A stretch of 45,370 nucleotides of DNA from Candidatus Omnitrophota bacterium (GTDB taxonomy: Bacteria > Omnitrophota > Gorgyraeia > JAHIPI01), in assembly GCA_016931215.1 (NCBI GenBank), contig JAFGFD010000051.1:1-45370 (forward strand), read 5' to 3'. The position numbers and the translations under genes are program-made. Position 1 is the stretch's first letter. The number at the start of each line of letters is the position of its first letter. The notes below the pieces were generated by a model that worked only from the letters and a program-made list of their open reading frames with translations, was not told the origin of the DNA and made no database searches. This document shows, one piece after another, positions 36,826 to 45,265 of this stretch.

Positions 36826-37434
36826 TTATATTTTCAAGAAATTAAGAAGAAACTTTAGGCCTACGGTTTGACTCTTTTCGGGATGAAACTGAGTGGCGAA
36901 TATATTTTCTTTCCATACCATGGAAGTGAAATTCAAACCGTAATCTGTCGTTGCCGCCTTTATCCCACCATGAACGGGCTCAACGTAATATGAGTGTACA
37001 AAATAAAAAAATGATCCGTCTGATATGCCCTTGAACAACGGACAACCTTGCCGCTCCGTCTTCACCTGATTCCAGCCCATGTGCGGTACTTTGAGCCCGC
37101 GGCCGCGAAACTTCACTACGTCACCTTTTATGATCCCAAGGCCTTCCGAACCCCCGTCTCCTTCTTCGCTCTTTTCAAAAAGGACCTCCAGCCCCAGACA
37201 TATCCCAAGATAGATCTTACCCTTAGAGATCTCCTCTTTCAGGGGTTCTATGAGCCCAAGCTCATTCATTGAGTCTAAGGCATCCTTGAACGCACCTACC
37301 CCCGGCAAGACTATCTTGTCGGCCTTCTTCAAGTCCGCGGGCCTGTTCGTTATCTTTGCGGGGCCGCCTAAATATTTAATGGCGTTTGAGACGCTCCCCA
37401 AATTACCGACTCCGTAATCGATAACCGCTATCAT
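36826..37434 (-). CDS. hisH: imidazole glycerol phosphate synthase, glutaminase subunit
   Basis: 202 aa with IAVIDYGVGNL, GICLGLE (catalytic Cys) and QFHPEKS motifs. Confidence 0.95.
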   Translation of the reverse strand: MIAVIDYGVGNLGSVSNAIKYLGGPAKITNRPADLKKADKIVLPGVGAFKDALDSMNELGLIEPLKEEISKGKIYLGICLGLEVLFEKSEEGDGGSEGLGIIKGDVVKFRGRGLKVPHMGWNQVKTERQGCPLFKGISDGSFFYFVHSYYVEPVHGGIKAATTDYGLNFTSMVWKENIFATQFHPEKSQTVGLKFLLNFLKI

Positions 37435-37455
37435 TATTTAAGCCTGATCTCCGTT

Positions 37456-37483
37456 TTTGACTATGGTCTATAGACGATGGGCT
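37456..37483 (-). repeat. four-unit heptad array with a GGTCTATAGAC core in the hisB-hisH spacer
   Basis: mRNA sense reads AGCCCAU CGUCUAU AGACCAU AGUCAAA. It shares the 15-nt GGTCTATAGACGATrG core with the trpB-trpA junction. Confidence 0.75.
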
Positions 37484-37496
37484 ATTATTTAGTTCA

Positions 37497-37565
37497 GGGT
37501 TAAAGGGTTACGGTTTATGATAAAGAAAAAAATCCCGTGAACCGTTAACCATGAACCGTGCACCG
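37497..37565. repeat. heptad-built hairpin element, copy C (inverted relative to A and B)
   Basis: The plus strand reads GGGTTAAA GGGTTAC GGTTTAT GA-TAAAGAAAAAAATCCC-GTGAACC GTTAACC ATGAACC GTGCACC. Its reverse complement aligns with copies A and B. Confidence 0.75.
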
Positions 37566-37570
37566 ATCTT

Positions 37571-38185
37571 TTATTCGTCGGCAATGACACCTTTGGTAGA
37601 GGGGATATCTTTCCTACGGGCATCTATCTGAGTCGCCTGATCCATGGCAATGCCGAATGCCTTGAATACGGCCTCAAGTACATGGTGCAGATCGGAGCCC
37701 GAAGAGACCTCCACATGCAGATTCATTCCGAGTTTTTTGGCAAAGCTGTCGAGAAAATCCATGCCGTCTTCGAAGGTGTAACCTTCCTCGGCGCCCAAGG
37801 CGGGAAACGCGAGTCCCGGAAGAAGAAGTTTCTCAAACGCATATCGATTGCTGATATCCACGACTACTTTTGCCCTGGCCTTATCCATGGGTACTTCGGA
37901 GGCGCCAAACCGCTTAATGCCCCTGCAGTTCCCAAGCGCCTTTTTGAAGGCAAGGCCCAATGATATTCCCACATCCTCGTTGGTGTGGTGCATATCCACT
38001 TCGAGATCGCCCTTCGCTTTCAACGTCAGGTCAAACAAGCCGTGAAACGCGAATAGGTCCAGCATGTGGTCCAGAAAACCTATGCCTGTCTTTACGTCGG
38101 CCTCACCTTTGCCGTCGATATTAAGGCTACCTTTTATATCCGTCTCTTTTGTCTTTCTGCTTATTTCAGACGTCCGCTTAGCCAT
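37571..38185 (-). CDS. hisB: imidazoleglycerol-phosphate dehydratase
   Basis: 204 aa with RKTKETDI, GIGFLDHML and HH..E motifs. It is monofunctional, with no phosphatase domain. Confidence 0.95.
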   Translation of the reverse strand: MAKRTSEISRKTKETDIKGSLNIDGKGEADVKTGIGFLDHMLDLFAFHGLFDLTLKAKGDLEVDMHHTNEDVGISLGLAFKKALGNCRGIKRFGASEVPMDKARAKVVVDISNRYAFEKLLLPGLAFPALGAEEGYTFEDGMDFLDSFAKKLGMNLHVEVSSGSDLHHVLEAVFKAFGIAMDQATQIDARRKDIPSTKGVIADE

Positions 38186-38213
38186 ATTTATCCTCTTACA
38201 TTGCCTCTTTATA

Positions 38214-38278
38214 GGTTTACGGTTAGCGGTGTACGGTTAACGGGGTTATTTCTTTCCGTTAACCGATAACCATTAACC
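38214..38278. repeat. heptad-built hairpin element, copy B
   Basis: The plus strand reads GGTTTAC GGTTAGC GGTGTAC GGTTAAC GG-GGTTATTTCTTT-CC GTTAACC GATAACC ATTAACC. CGGTTAACGG pairs with CCGTTAACCG as a perfect 10-bp stem. Confidence 0.8.
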
Positions 38279-38286
38279 AATCTTTT

Positions 38287-38307
38287 TCTCTATCCGCTAT
38301 ACGCTAT
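38287..38307 (-). repeat. three-unit AUAG-N3 heptad array just after the hisD stop
   Basis: mRNA sense reads AUAGCGU AUAGCGG AUAGAGA, beginning 3 nt after the hisD UAA. It is nearly identical to the array after hisI. Confidence 0.8.
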
Positions 38308-38310
38308 CTT

Positions 38311-39531
38311 TTATTTAAACCTCACATTTACAGATTCAAGATGTTTCGGGAGGCCCTCCATGTTTGCGACCTTCTCCAGGCTTCCTCTTACCTTTTCCAG
38401 ACCTTTCTTCGTATAGTTTATGATGTGAGAACTCTTTATGAAATCATTAAGGCCCAGTCCGGAGAAGAAACGCGCCGTTCCTCCTGTGGGCAACACGTGG
38501 CTTGGACCCGCTACATAATCCCCAACTGCGGTCGGTGAATAAGGGCCTATAAATATGGCGCCTGCGTTTTTAATCCTCTTGAGCACCTTCTGCGGACTCT
38601 TTATCTGTATCTCCAAGTGCTCGGGTGAAAGCTCATTGATTACGTCGGATGCCTCATCCATATTTTTAGTGAGTATTATATATCCTTTCTCCACTTCCTT
38701 CTTCATGACCTTGGCAAGCTTCTTGGACGGAGTCACCAGCACGGCAAGGCCTCCGTAATGCTCGCCTTGGGCCATGAGGTCGGCCTTTACATAATCAAAA
38801 TTGCTGTGTTGATTGGCAAGTACTATAACCTCGCTCGGGCCGGCGAGCATGTCGATATCGCAATAGCCGAACACTTGCCTCTTCGCTTCGGTGACATATT
38901 GATTTCCGGGCCCGACTATCTTATCGACTTTTGGTATCGTCTTGGTGCCGAACGCCAGCGCCCCTATAGCCTGGGCGCCTCCGACTTTGTATATCTCATC
39001 GACTTTAAGAAGATTTGCGACGACGAGTATGTGAGGATCTACGCTCTTATATTTATTGGGAGGAGTGGCCAGGACTATCCGCTTGACACCCGCCAGTTTT
39101 GCCGGTAATACCGTCATATAGACGCTTGATATCAGTGGGACCGTACCGCTCGGTACATATACGCCGACGATATCGATCGGCTGATATTTCTCCCCGAGGA
39201 CAACGCCGTCGTCATCGACTATCTTCCAGGATCTCTTCAGCTGTTTTTTGTAAAACCTGCTTATGTTATCTATTATGACTTTTAAGGTACTTACGAAATT
39301 GGGGCTTATATCCTGATAGGCGCCGTTTGTCTCGATCTCCGTTACCTTCAACTCTTTCGGAGTCAACTTGACCTTGTCAAACTTGCGGCTGTACTTAACG
39401 ACGGCGTCATCGCCGCCCAGCCGCACGTCCTCCAATATTTTTTCTACGCTAAAGGCAAGACGCCTATTTTTAACGAAACCCCTGCATCTGAGTTTTTCAT
39501 ACTGTTTACCGGTCTTCTTGATTATCTTCAC
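38311..39531 (-). CDS. hisD: histidinol dehydrogenase
   Basis: 406 aa with ILEDVRLGGDDAVVKYSRKFD near the N-terminus and the QGEH, SPEHL and GDY.AGPSHVLPT motifs. It has a GTG start in a 4-nt overlap (GTGA) with the alaS stop. Confidence 0.93.
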   Translation of the reverse strand: MKIIKKTGKQYEKLRCRGFVKNRRLAFSVEKILEDVRLGGDDAVVKYSRKFDKVKLTPKELKVTEIETNGAYQDISPNFVSTLKVIIDNISRFYKKQLKRSWKIVDDDGVVLGEKYQPIDIVGVYVPSGTVPLISSVYMTVLPAKLAGVKRIVLATPPNKYKSVDPHILVVANLLKVDEIYKVGGAQAIGALAFGTKTIPKVDKIVGPGNQYVTEAKRQVFGYCDIDMLAGPSEVIVLANQHSNFDYVKADLMAQGEHYGGLAVLVTPSKKLAKVMKKEVEKGYIILTKNMDEASDVINELSPEHLEIQIKSPQKVLKRIKNAGAIFIGPYSPTAVGDYVAGPSHVLPTGGTARFFSGLGLNDFIKSSHIINYTKKGLEKVRGSLEKVANMEGLPKHLESVNVRFK

Positions 39532-42173
39532 TTGTCAAGCTCCTCTTGAACAATGTTTGCTACCGATTTAAGCGCCCCTTCCAACTTTTCGACATCCTTT
39601 CCCCCCGCCTGGGCAAAGTCCGGCCGCCCGCCACCCGAGCCGCCGACCATCATAGAAATCTTTTTTACTATATTGCTGGCGTCGAGTCCTCTGCCCACAA
39701 GATCCCTGCTGACGGCACATACCAACGTCACCTTGCTCTTTGCCCCGGAACCCAAGACCACTATAGAGCTGCCCAATTTGTTCCTAAGCGCTTCTGCGGT
39801 GATCCTCAAATTTTCAATGTCGGCATCCAGCTTCGTCGAAATCACCTTTATTCCGCTAACTTCCTGGGAGCTTCCCGCGATGCTCTCAAGGTCCAATCGG
39901 TTCTTGCCGCTGTTCATATCCGCGATATCCTTCTCCAGGCTCTTGACCTTGGCCGAAAGATCCTTCAAGGCCTTAACCACGTCTCCCTTTTGCGTGCGCA
40001 GGATGTCAGCCGAATCCCGTATCCTCTCCTCGTCGTCCTTGACGCTACGAAAAGCCATCCTACCCGTAAGCGCTTCTATACGCCTGATGCCGCTTGCTAT
40101 GGAACCCTCGCCGACTATCCTGAATAATCCTATTTGCCCCGTATGCTCCAAATGAGTGCCGCCGCACAATTCCTTGGAATAATTGCCTATGGAGACCATG
40201 CGAACTCTATCCCCGTATTTCTCGCCGAATAGCGCTATCGCCCCCTTCTTCTTGGCCTCCTCTATCTTCAGCTGTGACGAGGAAACATTGGTATTCGCCC
40301 TGACCAATTCGTTCACCAATTCCTCTATCCTGTCCAGCTCCCTCTTCTCGACGGCTTTAAAATGTGTAAAATCGAAACGCAGCCGTTCTCTCGCAACAAG
40401 CGAGCCGGACTGCTTTATGTGTCTTCCGAGGACTTCCCGCAGGGCGTAATGCAGAAGATGCGTCGCGGTATGATTCCTGGCTATGTCCAGACGGCTATCC
40501 TCGTCAACTATCGCCGTAAGGCGCATCTTCTCTTTTACGCTGCCCTTGGCGATCTCTCCGAGGTGCACAATTATATTTCCTACGCGCTTGGTGTCGTCGA
40601 TCGTGATCTTTGTGTTTTTGGACGCCATGTGCCCGGCGTCTCCAATCTGGCCACCGGCTTCTCCATAAAACGGCGTCTTGTCCAAGACCAATTCTATCCT
40701 CGCGCCTGCCCTTGCGCTCTTTACCCTTTTGCCGGAGTAGACAATGGCCTGAACCGTTGCTTCCGATCGGTATTTTTTATAACCCGTAAATATGCTCGGT
40801 TTCAGGCTCTGTGAAAGCTTCTTCAACAAATCCTCATCCTTCGATTCGTCAAATATCGAGCTTTTTATCTTAGACTTGGCTCTCGCCAGGTCACGCTGCC
40901 TATCCATTGCTTTTTTGAAACCTTTTTCGTCCAATTCATAGCCTTTTTTTTCGGCAAACTCCCTTGTCAGCTCTACCGGAAAACCATAGGTGTCATACAA
41001 GCGGAAGATATCCTCGCCGGGGATGGTGCGCCTTTTACCGTTCTTGAGTTTAGAGATTATGTCTTCGAGCAGTTTCGTGCCTTCTTCCAGGGTGCACCGG
41101 AATCTCTTCTCTTCATTTAGAATTACGTCCGCGATGCCTTCCCTCATGGATTCAAGCCCAGGGTACGGGTCCCTCATGGTCTTTGTTACGGCCGGCACCA
41201 GCTTATATAAAAATGGGAGCTCTATGTCAAGTTCCTTTCCGAAACGAAATGCCCTCCTTATGAGCAACCTCTCCACGTAACCCCTTTCTTCATTTGAAGG
41301 GAGTATACCGTCGGCAATCATGAAACACACGGCCCTAATATGATCCGCTATGGCATTGACCAGGTATGACTTCTCGCCTTTTTTCATACCCGCGGACTCG
41401 CATATCTTATTTACTATCGGCAAAAATATGTCTGTCTCAAAGTTGGTCCGCACATTCTGCATGACACCGGCCATCCGCTCCAGGCCCATGCCGGTATCTA
41501 TGTTCTTGCTCTTCAAAGGCTCAAGATTATTCTTGCCCGTCCGATTGAACTGGGTAAACACCAGATTCCAGACCTCGACAAACCTATTGCAGCTGCAGGA
41601 CGGCTCGCAATATTTGGTCCCGCATCCGACATCTTCGCCCTGATCGTAAAATATCTCGCTGCATGGCCCGCAGGGCCCGTTCGGACCGTCCTTAGGGGCA
41701 TTGGCAGGCCAGAAATTATCATCGGCGCCGTATCTCTTAATCTTATATTCCGGCACCCCCACCCCGTCCCTCCAAATCTTATATGCCTCATCATCATCTT
41801 TATAAACAGATACCCACAGCCTTTCCGGATTCACCCTGAGCTCCTCGGTCATAAACTCCCAAGCCCAAGTGATGGCCTCCTTCTTAAAATAGTCACCGAA
41901 TGAAAAATTACCCAACATCTCAAAAAAGGTATGATGGCCGGCGGTCTTGCCCACCTTATCGAGGTCTCCGGTCCTCAGGCATTTCTGACTCGATGTGGCA
42001 CGTCTGTAGGTTATGTTGCGGCCCATGAACTGGTCTTTGAATTGATTCATGCCCGCGCCGGTAAAGAGCACGGAAGGGTCGTTCGCAGGAATTAAAGAAT
42101 CACTTGAGACGATCTTGTGCCTCTTTGACTCAAAAAACTTTAAATATTTCGTCCTTATCTCATTTGTAGTCAT
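39528..42173 (-). CDS. alaS: alanine--tRNA ligase
   Basis: 881 aa with FTGAGMNQFK and FFEMLGNFSFGDYFK class-II motifs. It also has the editing-domain HTATHLL...CGGTH and a C-terminal DHHA1-like GGGGRPDFAQAGG. Confidence 0.97.
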   Translation of the reverse strand: MTTNEIRTKYLKFFESKRHKIVSSDSLIPANDPSVLFTGAGMNQFKDQFMGRNITYRRATSSQKCLRTGDLDKVGKTAGHHTFFEMLGNFSFGDYFKKEAITWAWEFMTEELRVNPERLWVSVYKDDDEAYKIWRDGVGVPEYKIKRYGADDNFWPANAPKDGPNGPCGPCSEIFYDQGEDVGCGTKYCEPSCSCNRFVEVWNLVFTQFNRTGKNNLEPLKSKNIDTGMGLERMAGVMQNVRTNFETDIFLPIVNKICESAGMKKGEKSYLVNAIADHIRAVCFMIADGILPSNEERGYVERLLIRRAFRFGKELDIELPFLYKLVPAVTKTMRDPYPGLESMREGIADVILNEEKRFRCTLEEGTKLLEDIISKLKNGKRRTIPGEDIFRLYDTYGFPVELTREFAEKKGYELDEKGFKKAMDRQRDLARAKSKIKSSIFDESKDEDLLKKLSQSLKPSIFTGYKKYRSEATVQAIVYSGKRVKSARAGARIELVLDKTPFYGEAGGQIGDAGHMASKNTKITIDDTKRVGNIIVHLGEIAKGSVKEKMRLTAIVDEDSRLDIARNHTATHLLHYALREVLGRHIKQSGSLVARERLRFDFTHFKAVEKRELDRIEELVNELVRANTNVSSSQLKIEEAKKKGAIALFGEKYGDRVRMVSIGNYSKELCGGTHLEHTGQIGLFRIVGEGSIASGIRRIEALTGRMAFRSVKDDEERIRDSADILRTQKGDVVKALKDLSAKVKSLEKDIADMNSGKNRLDLESIAGSSQEVSGIKVISTKLDADIENLRITAEALRNKLGSSIVVLGSGAKSKVTLVCAVSRDLVGRGLDASNIVKKISMMVGGSGGGRPDFAQAGGKDVEKLEGALKSVANIVQEELDK

Positions 42174-42197
42174 GACTCACTTGAAATAGACCCGATT

Positions 42198-42641
42198 CTA
42201 CTTTCTTGTCTTATTCAGTTCTTCGATCAAAAAATTGAAATTATCGGCCAGGCCATTTACCAAATCGGTCTTTCTGAAACGAAGGAGTTCGGCCTTTTGC
42301 CCCTTCGCAAGCCTTTCTATGGTCTGCTCCAACTTGTATAAGGGCCCCGCGATATGATGGCTAAACCTTATGCCGAAGTAAAACAGGATGATACTCGAAA
42401 TCACAAGGAGCGCCAAAACGGAATACGCCGAAAAGTTCAAAACCTCTTTTATGTGATAGTCGGGCAGCACATCATTGCCGATAACTATCTGTATGCTCGT
42501 CAGATAGAGTTTGTTTATGATATAAAGGCTCATCCCGAATAGAAAGATAGGGATAGCCGCCTGAAGCGCAAGAAAAAACGAAAATTGGTACTGAAAACGC
42601 TTGTTGACCAGAAACCTACTTCGTTTATAATTTTTCTTCAT
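42198..42641 (-). CDS. small two-TM membrane protein consisting essentially of a HAMP domain
   Basis: The likely start is MKKNYK at 42641, preceded by a GGAGAGGUGGGGA SD. It has two TM helices followed by IAGPLYKLEQTIERLAKGQ...DLVNGLADNFNFLIEEL (HAMP-like) and no output domain. Confidence 0.6.
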   Translation of the reverse strand: MKKNYKRSRFLVNKRFQYQFSFFLALQAAIPIFLFGMSLYIINKLYLTSIQIVIGNDVLPDYHIKEVLNFSAYSVLALLVISSIILFYFGIRFSHHIAGPLYKLEQTIERLAKGQKAELLRFRKTDLVNGLADNFNFLIEELNKTRK

Positions 42642-42676
42642 TCCCCACCTCTCCATGCTTGCGAAAAATTATTTCA

Positions 42677-44197
42677 TCAATCCCCTTCCAGTATCACGTA
42701 CCCTCTATTCGTCCTGACGAGTATCTTTCCTGAGGCAGCATCCGTAACATTGTTAAAATCCATCGTATTCCGTATGAGCACCCTGTCTACCTCCTTTATA
42801 ACGAGCCCTCTCACCAGCCCTGCCCGGTATGCAGCGCTACCTACTTCAATATCCACAATCAAGACTCCCGATTGCTTTTCAACGCCATACTTACTAGCCG
42901 TTTCATCGGTTATATTGATTACCGTAATGCCCCGCCATGACTTGGAGGCCTCTGAACCGACACCTTCTTCGGCCGGTCCTCCTTCGGCAATCTCGCCCTC
43001 CGACGGCCTAGCCTCAACTGTAACGGCAAAGTGCACCTCTTTACCCTCTCTCAAGACGCCGACATCGACCTTCCTGCCTATCTGCGTCTCACCCACATAC
43101 TTAAGTAGTGTCTGAAGGGAATCTATCTCAGTGCCTTCATATTTTGTAATTATATCGCCCGATCTTATACCCGCCTTCTCGGCAGGACCATCCTTGACCA
43201 CGTCTATGACAATCACGCCCTTACGTTCCTTCATCTTAAAGTACTCGGCCATATCATACGAGAGCTCTTGTATAGTAACTCCTATCCATCCATAAGAGAC
43301 CTCTCTTCCCTCGATGAGGGCCTGAAGGGCATGCCTTATGGCGTTGGCGGGGATCGCAAAACCTATACCCTGATACCCTCCCGTCGTAGAAAATATGGCC
43401 ACATTGAGACCGATGATATCGCCGTTCAGATCGCAGAGAGGGCCGCCGCTATTTCCAGGATTTATCGCAGCGTCTGTCTGAATAAGGTCTATATAGTTCC
43501 TGCCCTCGGTCCTGCCGAGAGGCAACTGTCTGTGCAAGGCGCTCACAACTCCCACTGTGACCGTGGGACTCGGGTTGCTCACGACAAAACCGAACGGATT
43601 GCCTATCGCAATGGCCCATTGCCCTGTCTTAACGGTATCCGAGTCTCCCAACCGCGCCACGGGCAGATTACCCGCCTCTATCTTTATCACCGCCAGGTCA
43701 CTCCTGGGGTCCGACCCTTTAAGAACACCGTCAAATCTCCTGCCATCGGGCAATATAACCGTTATCTTATCCGCTCCTCCTATGACGTGGTCGTTGGTGA
43801 TGATATATCCTTCTTTATCGATTATGACGCCGGAACCCAACCCCTGCTGTTTGAATTCGCGTTCAGGAACGTCACCGAAGAACCTCTTAAAAAAATCATC
43901 GTCAAAGAAGTTCCTCTGCGGACCGTAATAATACATACGCATAGGTAGCTTTTGCGTCGTCTCGGTCACTACGCTCACTACCGCAGGGCCTACTGTCTTG
44001 GCGACGCTCGTGAATGCATCCTCGAGCCCTGCCTCTCTGCCCGAAGTAGCTATCATGGGTTCCCTGGTCTCTGCAATGGTCTTGGATACGGACGAAGTCC
44101 TTACGGTAATACCTAAACCTATAATCACCCCTATGAGGATAAGTATGAGGATCGAACCGATAGTAAAATTTCTTGCAATATTTCGCATGTCAACCAT
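42677..44197 (-). CDS. htrA: HtrA/DegP/DegQ-family periplasmic serine protease with two PDZ domains
   Basis: 506 aa with an N-terminal TM/signal segment. The catalytic triad context is TNDHV, D...AVIK and GNSGGPL, followed by two PDZ-like regions. Confidence 0.92.
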   Translation of the reverse strand: MVDMRNIARNFTIGSILILILIGVIIGLGITVRTSSVSKTIAETREPMIATSGREAGLEDAFTSVAKTVGPAVVSVVTETTQKLPMRMYYYGPQRNFFDDDFFKRFFGDVPEREFKQQGLGSGVIIDKEGYIITNDHVIGGADKITVILPDGRRFDGVLKGSDPRSDLAVIKIEAGNLPVARLGDSDTVKTGQWAIAIGNPFGFVVSNPSPTVTVGVVSALHRQLPLGRTEGRNYIDLIQTDAAINPGNSGGPLCDLNGDIIGLNVAIFSTTGGYQGIGFAIPANAIRHALQALIEGREVSYGWIGVTIQELSYDMAEYFKMKERKGVIVIDVVKDGPAEKAGIRSGDIITKYEGTEIDSLQTLLKYVGETQIGRKVDVGVLREGKEVHFAVTVEARPSEGEIAEGGPAEEGVGSEASKSWRGITVINITDETASKYGVEKQSGVLIVDIEVGSAAYRAGLVRGLVIKEVDRVLIRNTMDFNNVTDAASGKILVRTNRGYVILEGD

Positions 44198-44245
44198 CTC
44201 CCTCTATATATTCTGATTCAAACGAAACGAAATTATCTTTTCTGC

Positions 44246-45265
44246 CTATTGCAGGTTGGACTTTACCTCTTTTTCCAGCTTTGTCATGAGCTTCGCATCC
44301 TGTTTCAAATTCATCCTGGCGCTCTCACGTCCCTGTCCGATCTTCTCATCGCCGTATGCCAGCCAGTTGCCGGTTCTCTTGATAATACCCATGTTCTCGG
44401 CCATGTCCAAAATGGCCCCTGCCCGCGATATGCCTTCGTCATACATGATATCGAATTCGGCCTTCCTGAAGGGCGGGGCTACTTTATTCTTCACCACGTT
44501 AGCCCGGACCCTTGAACCTACGACCTCCTCGCCTTTCTTGAGAGATGCGATTCTTCTCAAGTCTATTCTGACTGAAGAGTAGAACTTGAGCGCCCTCCCG
44601 CCGGTCGTCGTCTCAGGGTTGCCGAACATCACTCCGATCTTCTCCCTAATCTGGTTTATGAATATGACGCATGTCTTGGACTTGCTGATCGACCCCGTCA
44701 ATTTTCTCAATGCCTGACTCATGAGGCGCGCCTGCAACCCCACATGCGACTGACCCATCTCCCCTTCTATCTCCGCACTCGGGGTAAGTGCCGCCACTGA
44801 ATCTATCACTATTATATCTACGGCGTTACTTCTTACAAGGGTCTCGGCTATGTCGAGCGCCTGTTCGCCCGTATCCGGCTGCGAGATCAAGAGCTCGTCA
44901 AGATTCACGCCTATCTTCTTTGCGTATGTGGCGTCAAAAGCATGTTCGGCATCGATGAACGCCGCCTGTCCGCCCTGCCTCTGCGACTGTGAAATTACGG
45001 AGAGCGTGAGTGTTGTCTTGCCGCTTGCTTCGGGTCCATATACCTCTATGACCCTGCCGCGCGGTAATCCGCCGACACCCAACGCCATGTCAAGAGTCAA
45101 GGCCCCGGTTGAAATCGTGGCTACCTCTGCCTTATATCCCTCGCCCAGCTTCATTATCGATCCCTTTCCAAATTGCTTTTCGATCTGGTTTATGGCCAAA
45201 TCCAATGCCTTGGTCTTGGCACCCTTCTCGTCTTTATGCTCCTCGACCTCTTTCGCCTTTACCAT
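44246..45265 (-). CDS. recA: recombinase A
   Basis: Carries Walker [18 protein letters not shown] and IVIDSVAAL. The start at 45265 (MVKAKE) is preceded by GAAGGAGGAG with 6-nt spacing, so the 9-aa extension to 45292 is unlikely. Confidence 0.97.
   Translation of the reverse strand: MVKAKEVEEHKDEKGAKTKALDLAINQIEKQFGKGSIMKLGEGYKAEVATISTGALTLDMALGVGGLPRGRVIEVYGPEASGKTTLTLSVISQSQRQGGQAAFIDAEHAFDATYAKKIGVNLDELLISQPDTGEQALDIAETLVRSNAVDIIVIDSVAALTPSAEIEGEMGQSHVGLQARLMSQALRKLTGSISKSKTCVIFINQIREKIGVMFGNPETTTGGRALKFYSSVRIDLRRIASLKKGEEVVGSRVRANVVKNKVAPPFRKAEFDIMYDEGISRAGAILDMAENMGIIKRTGNWLAYGDEKIGQGRESARMNLKQDAKLMTKLEKEVKSNLQ

Noticed and set aside
39546-40155. Two overlapping ~195-aa plus-strand ORFs antisense to alaS
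   Set aside because: alaS is unambiguous on the minus strand. The plus-strand translations are Ser/Pro/Arg-rich and motif-free, so they are shadow ORFs.
42585-43948. Plus-strand ORFs of 176, 226 and 123 aa opposite the HAMP gene and htrA
   Set aside because: They are antisense to a protease gene with an intact catalytic triad and PDZ domains. They show no motifs and have biased composition.
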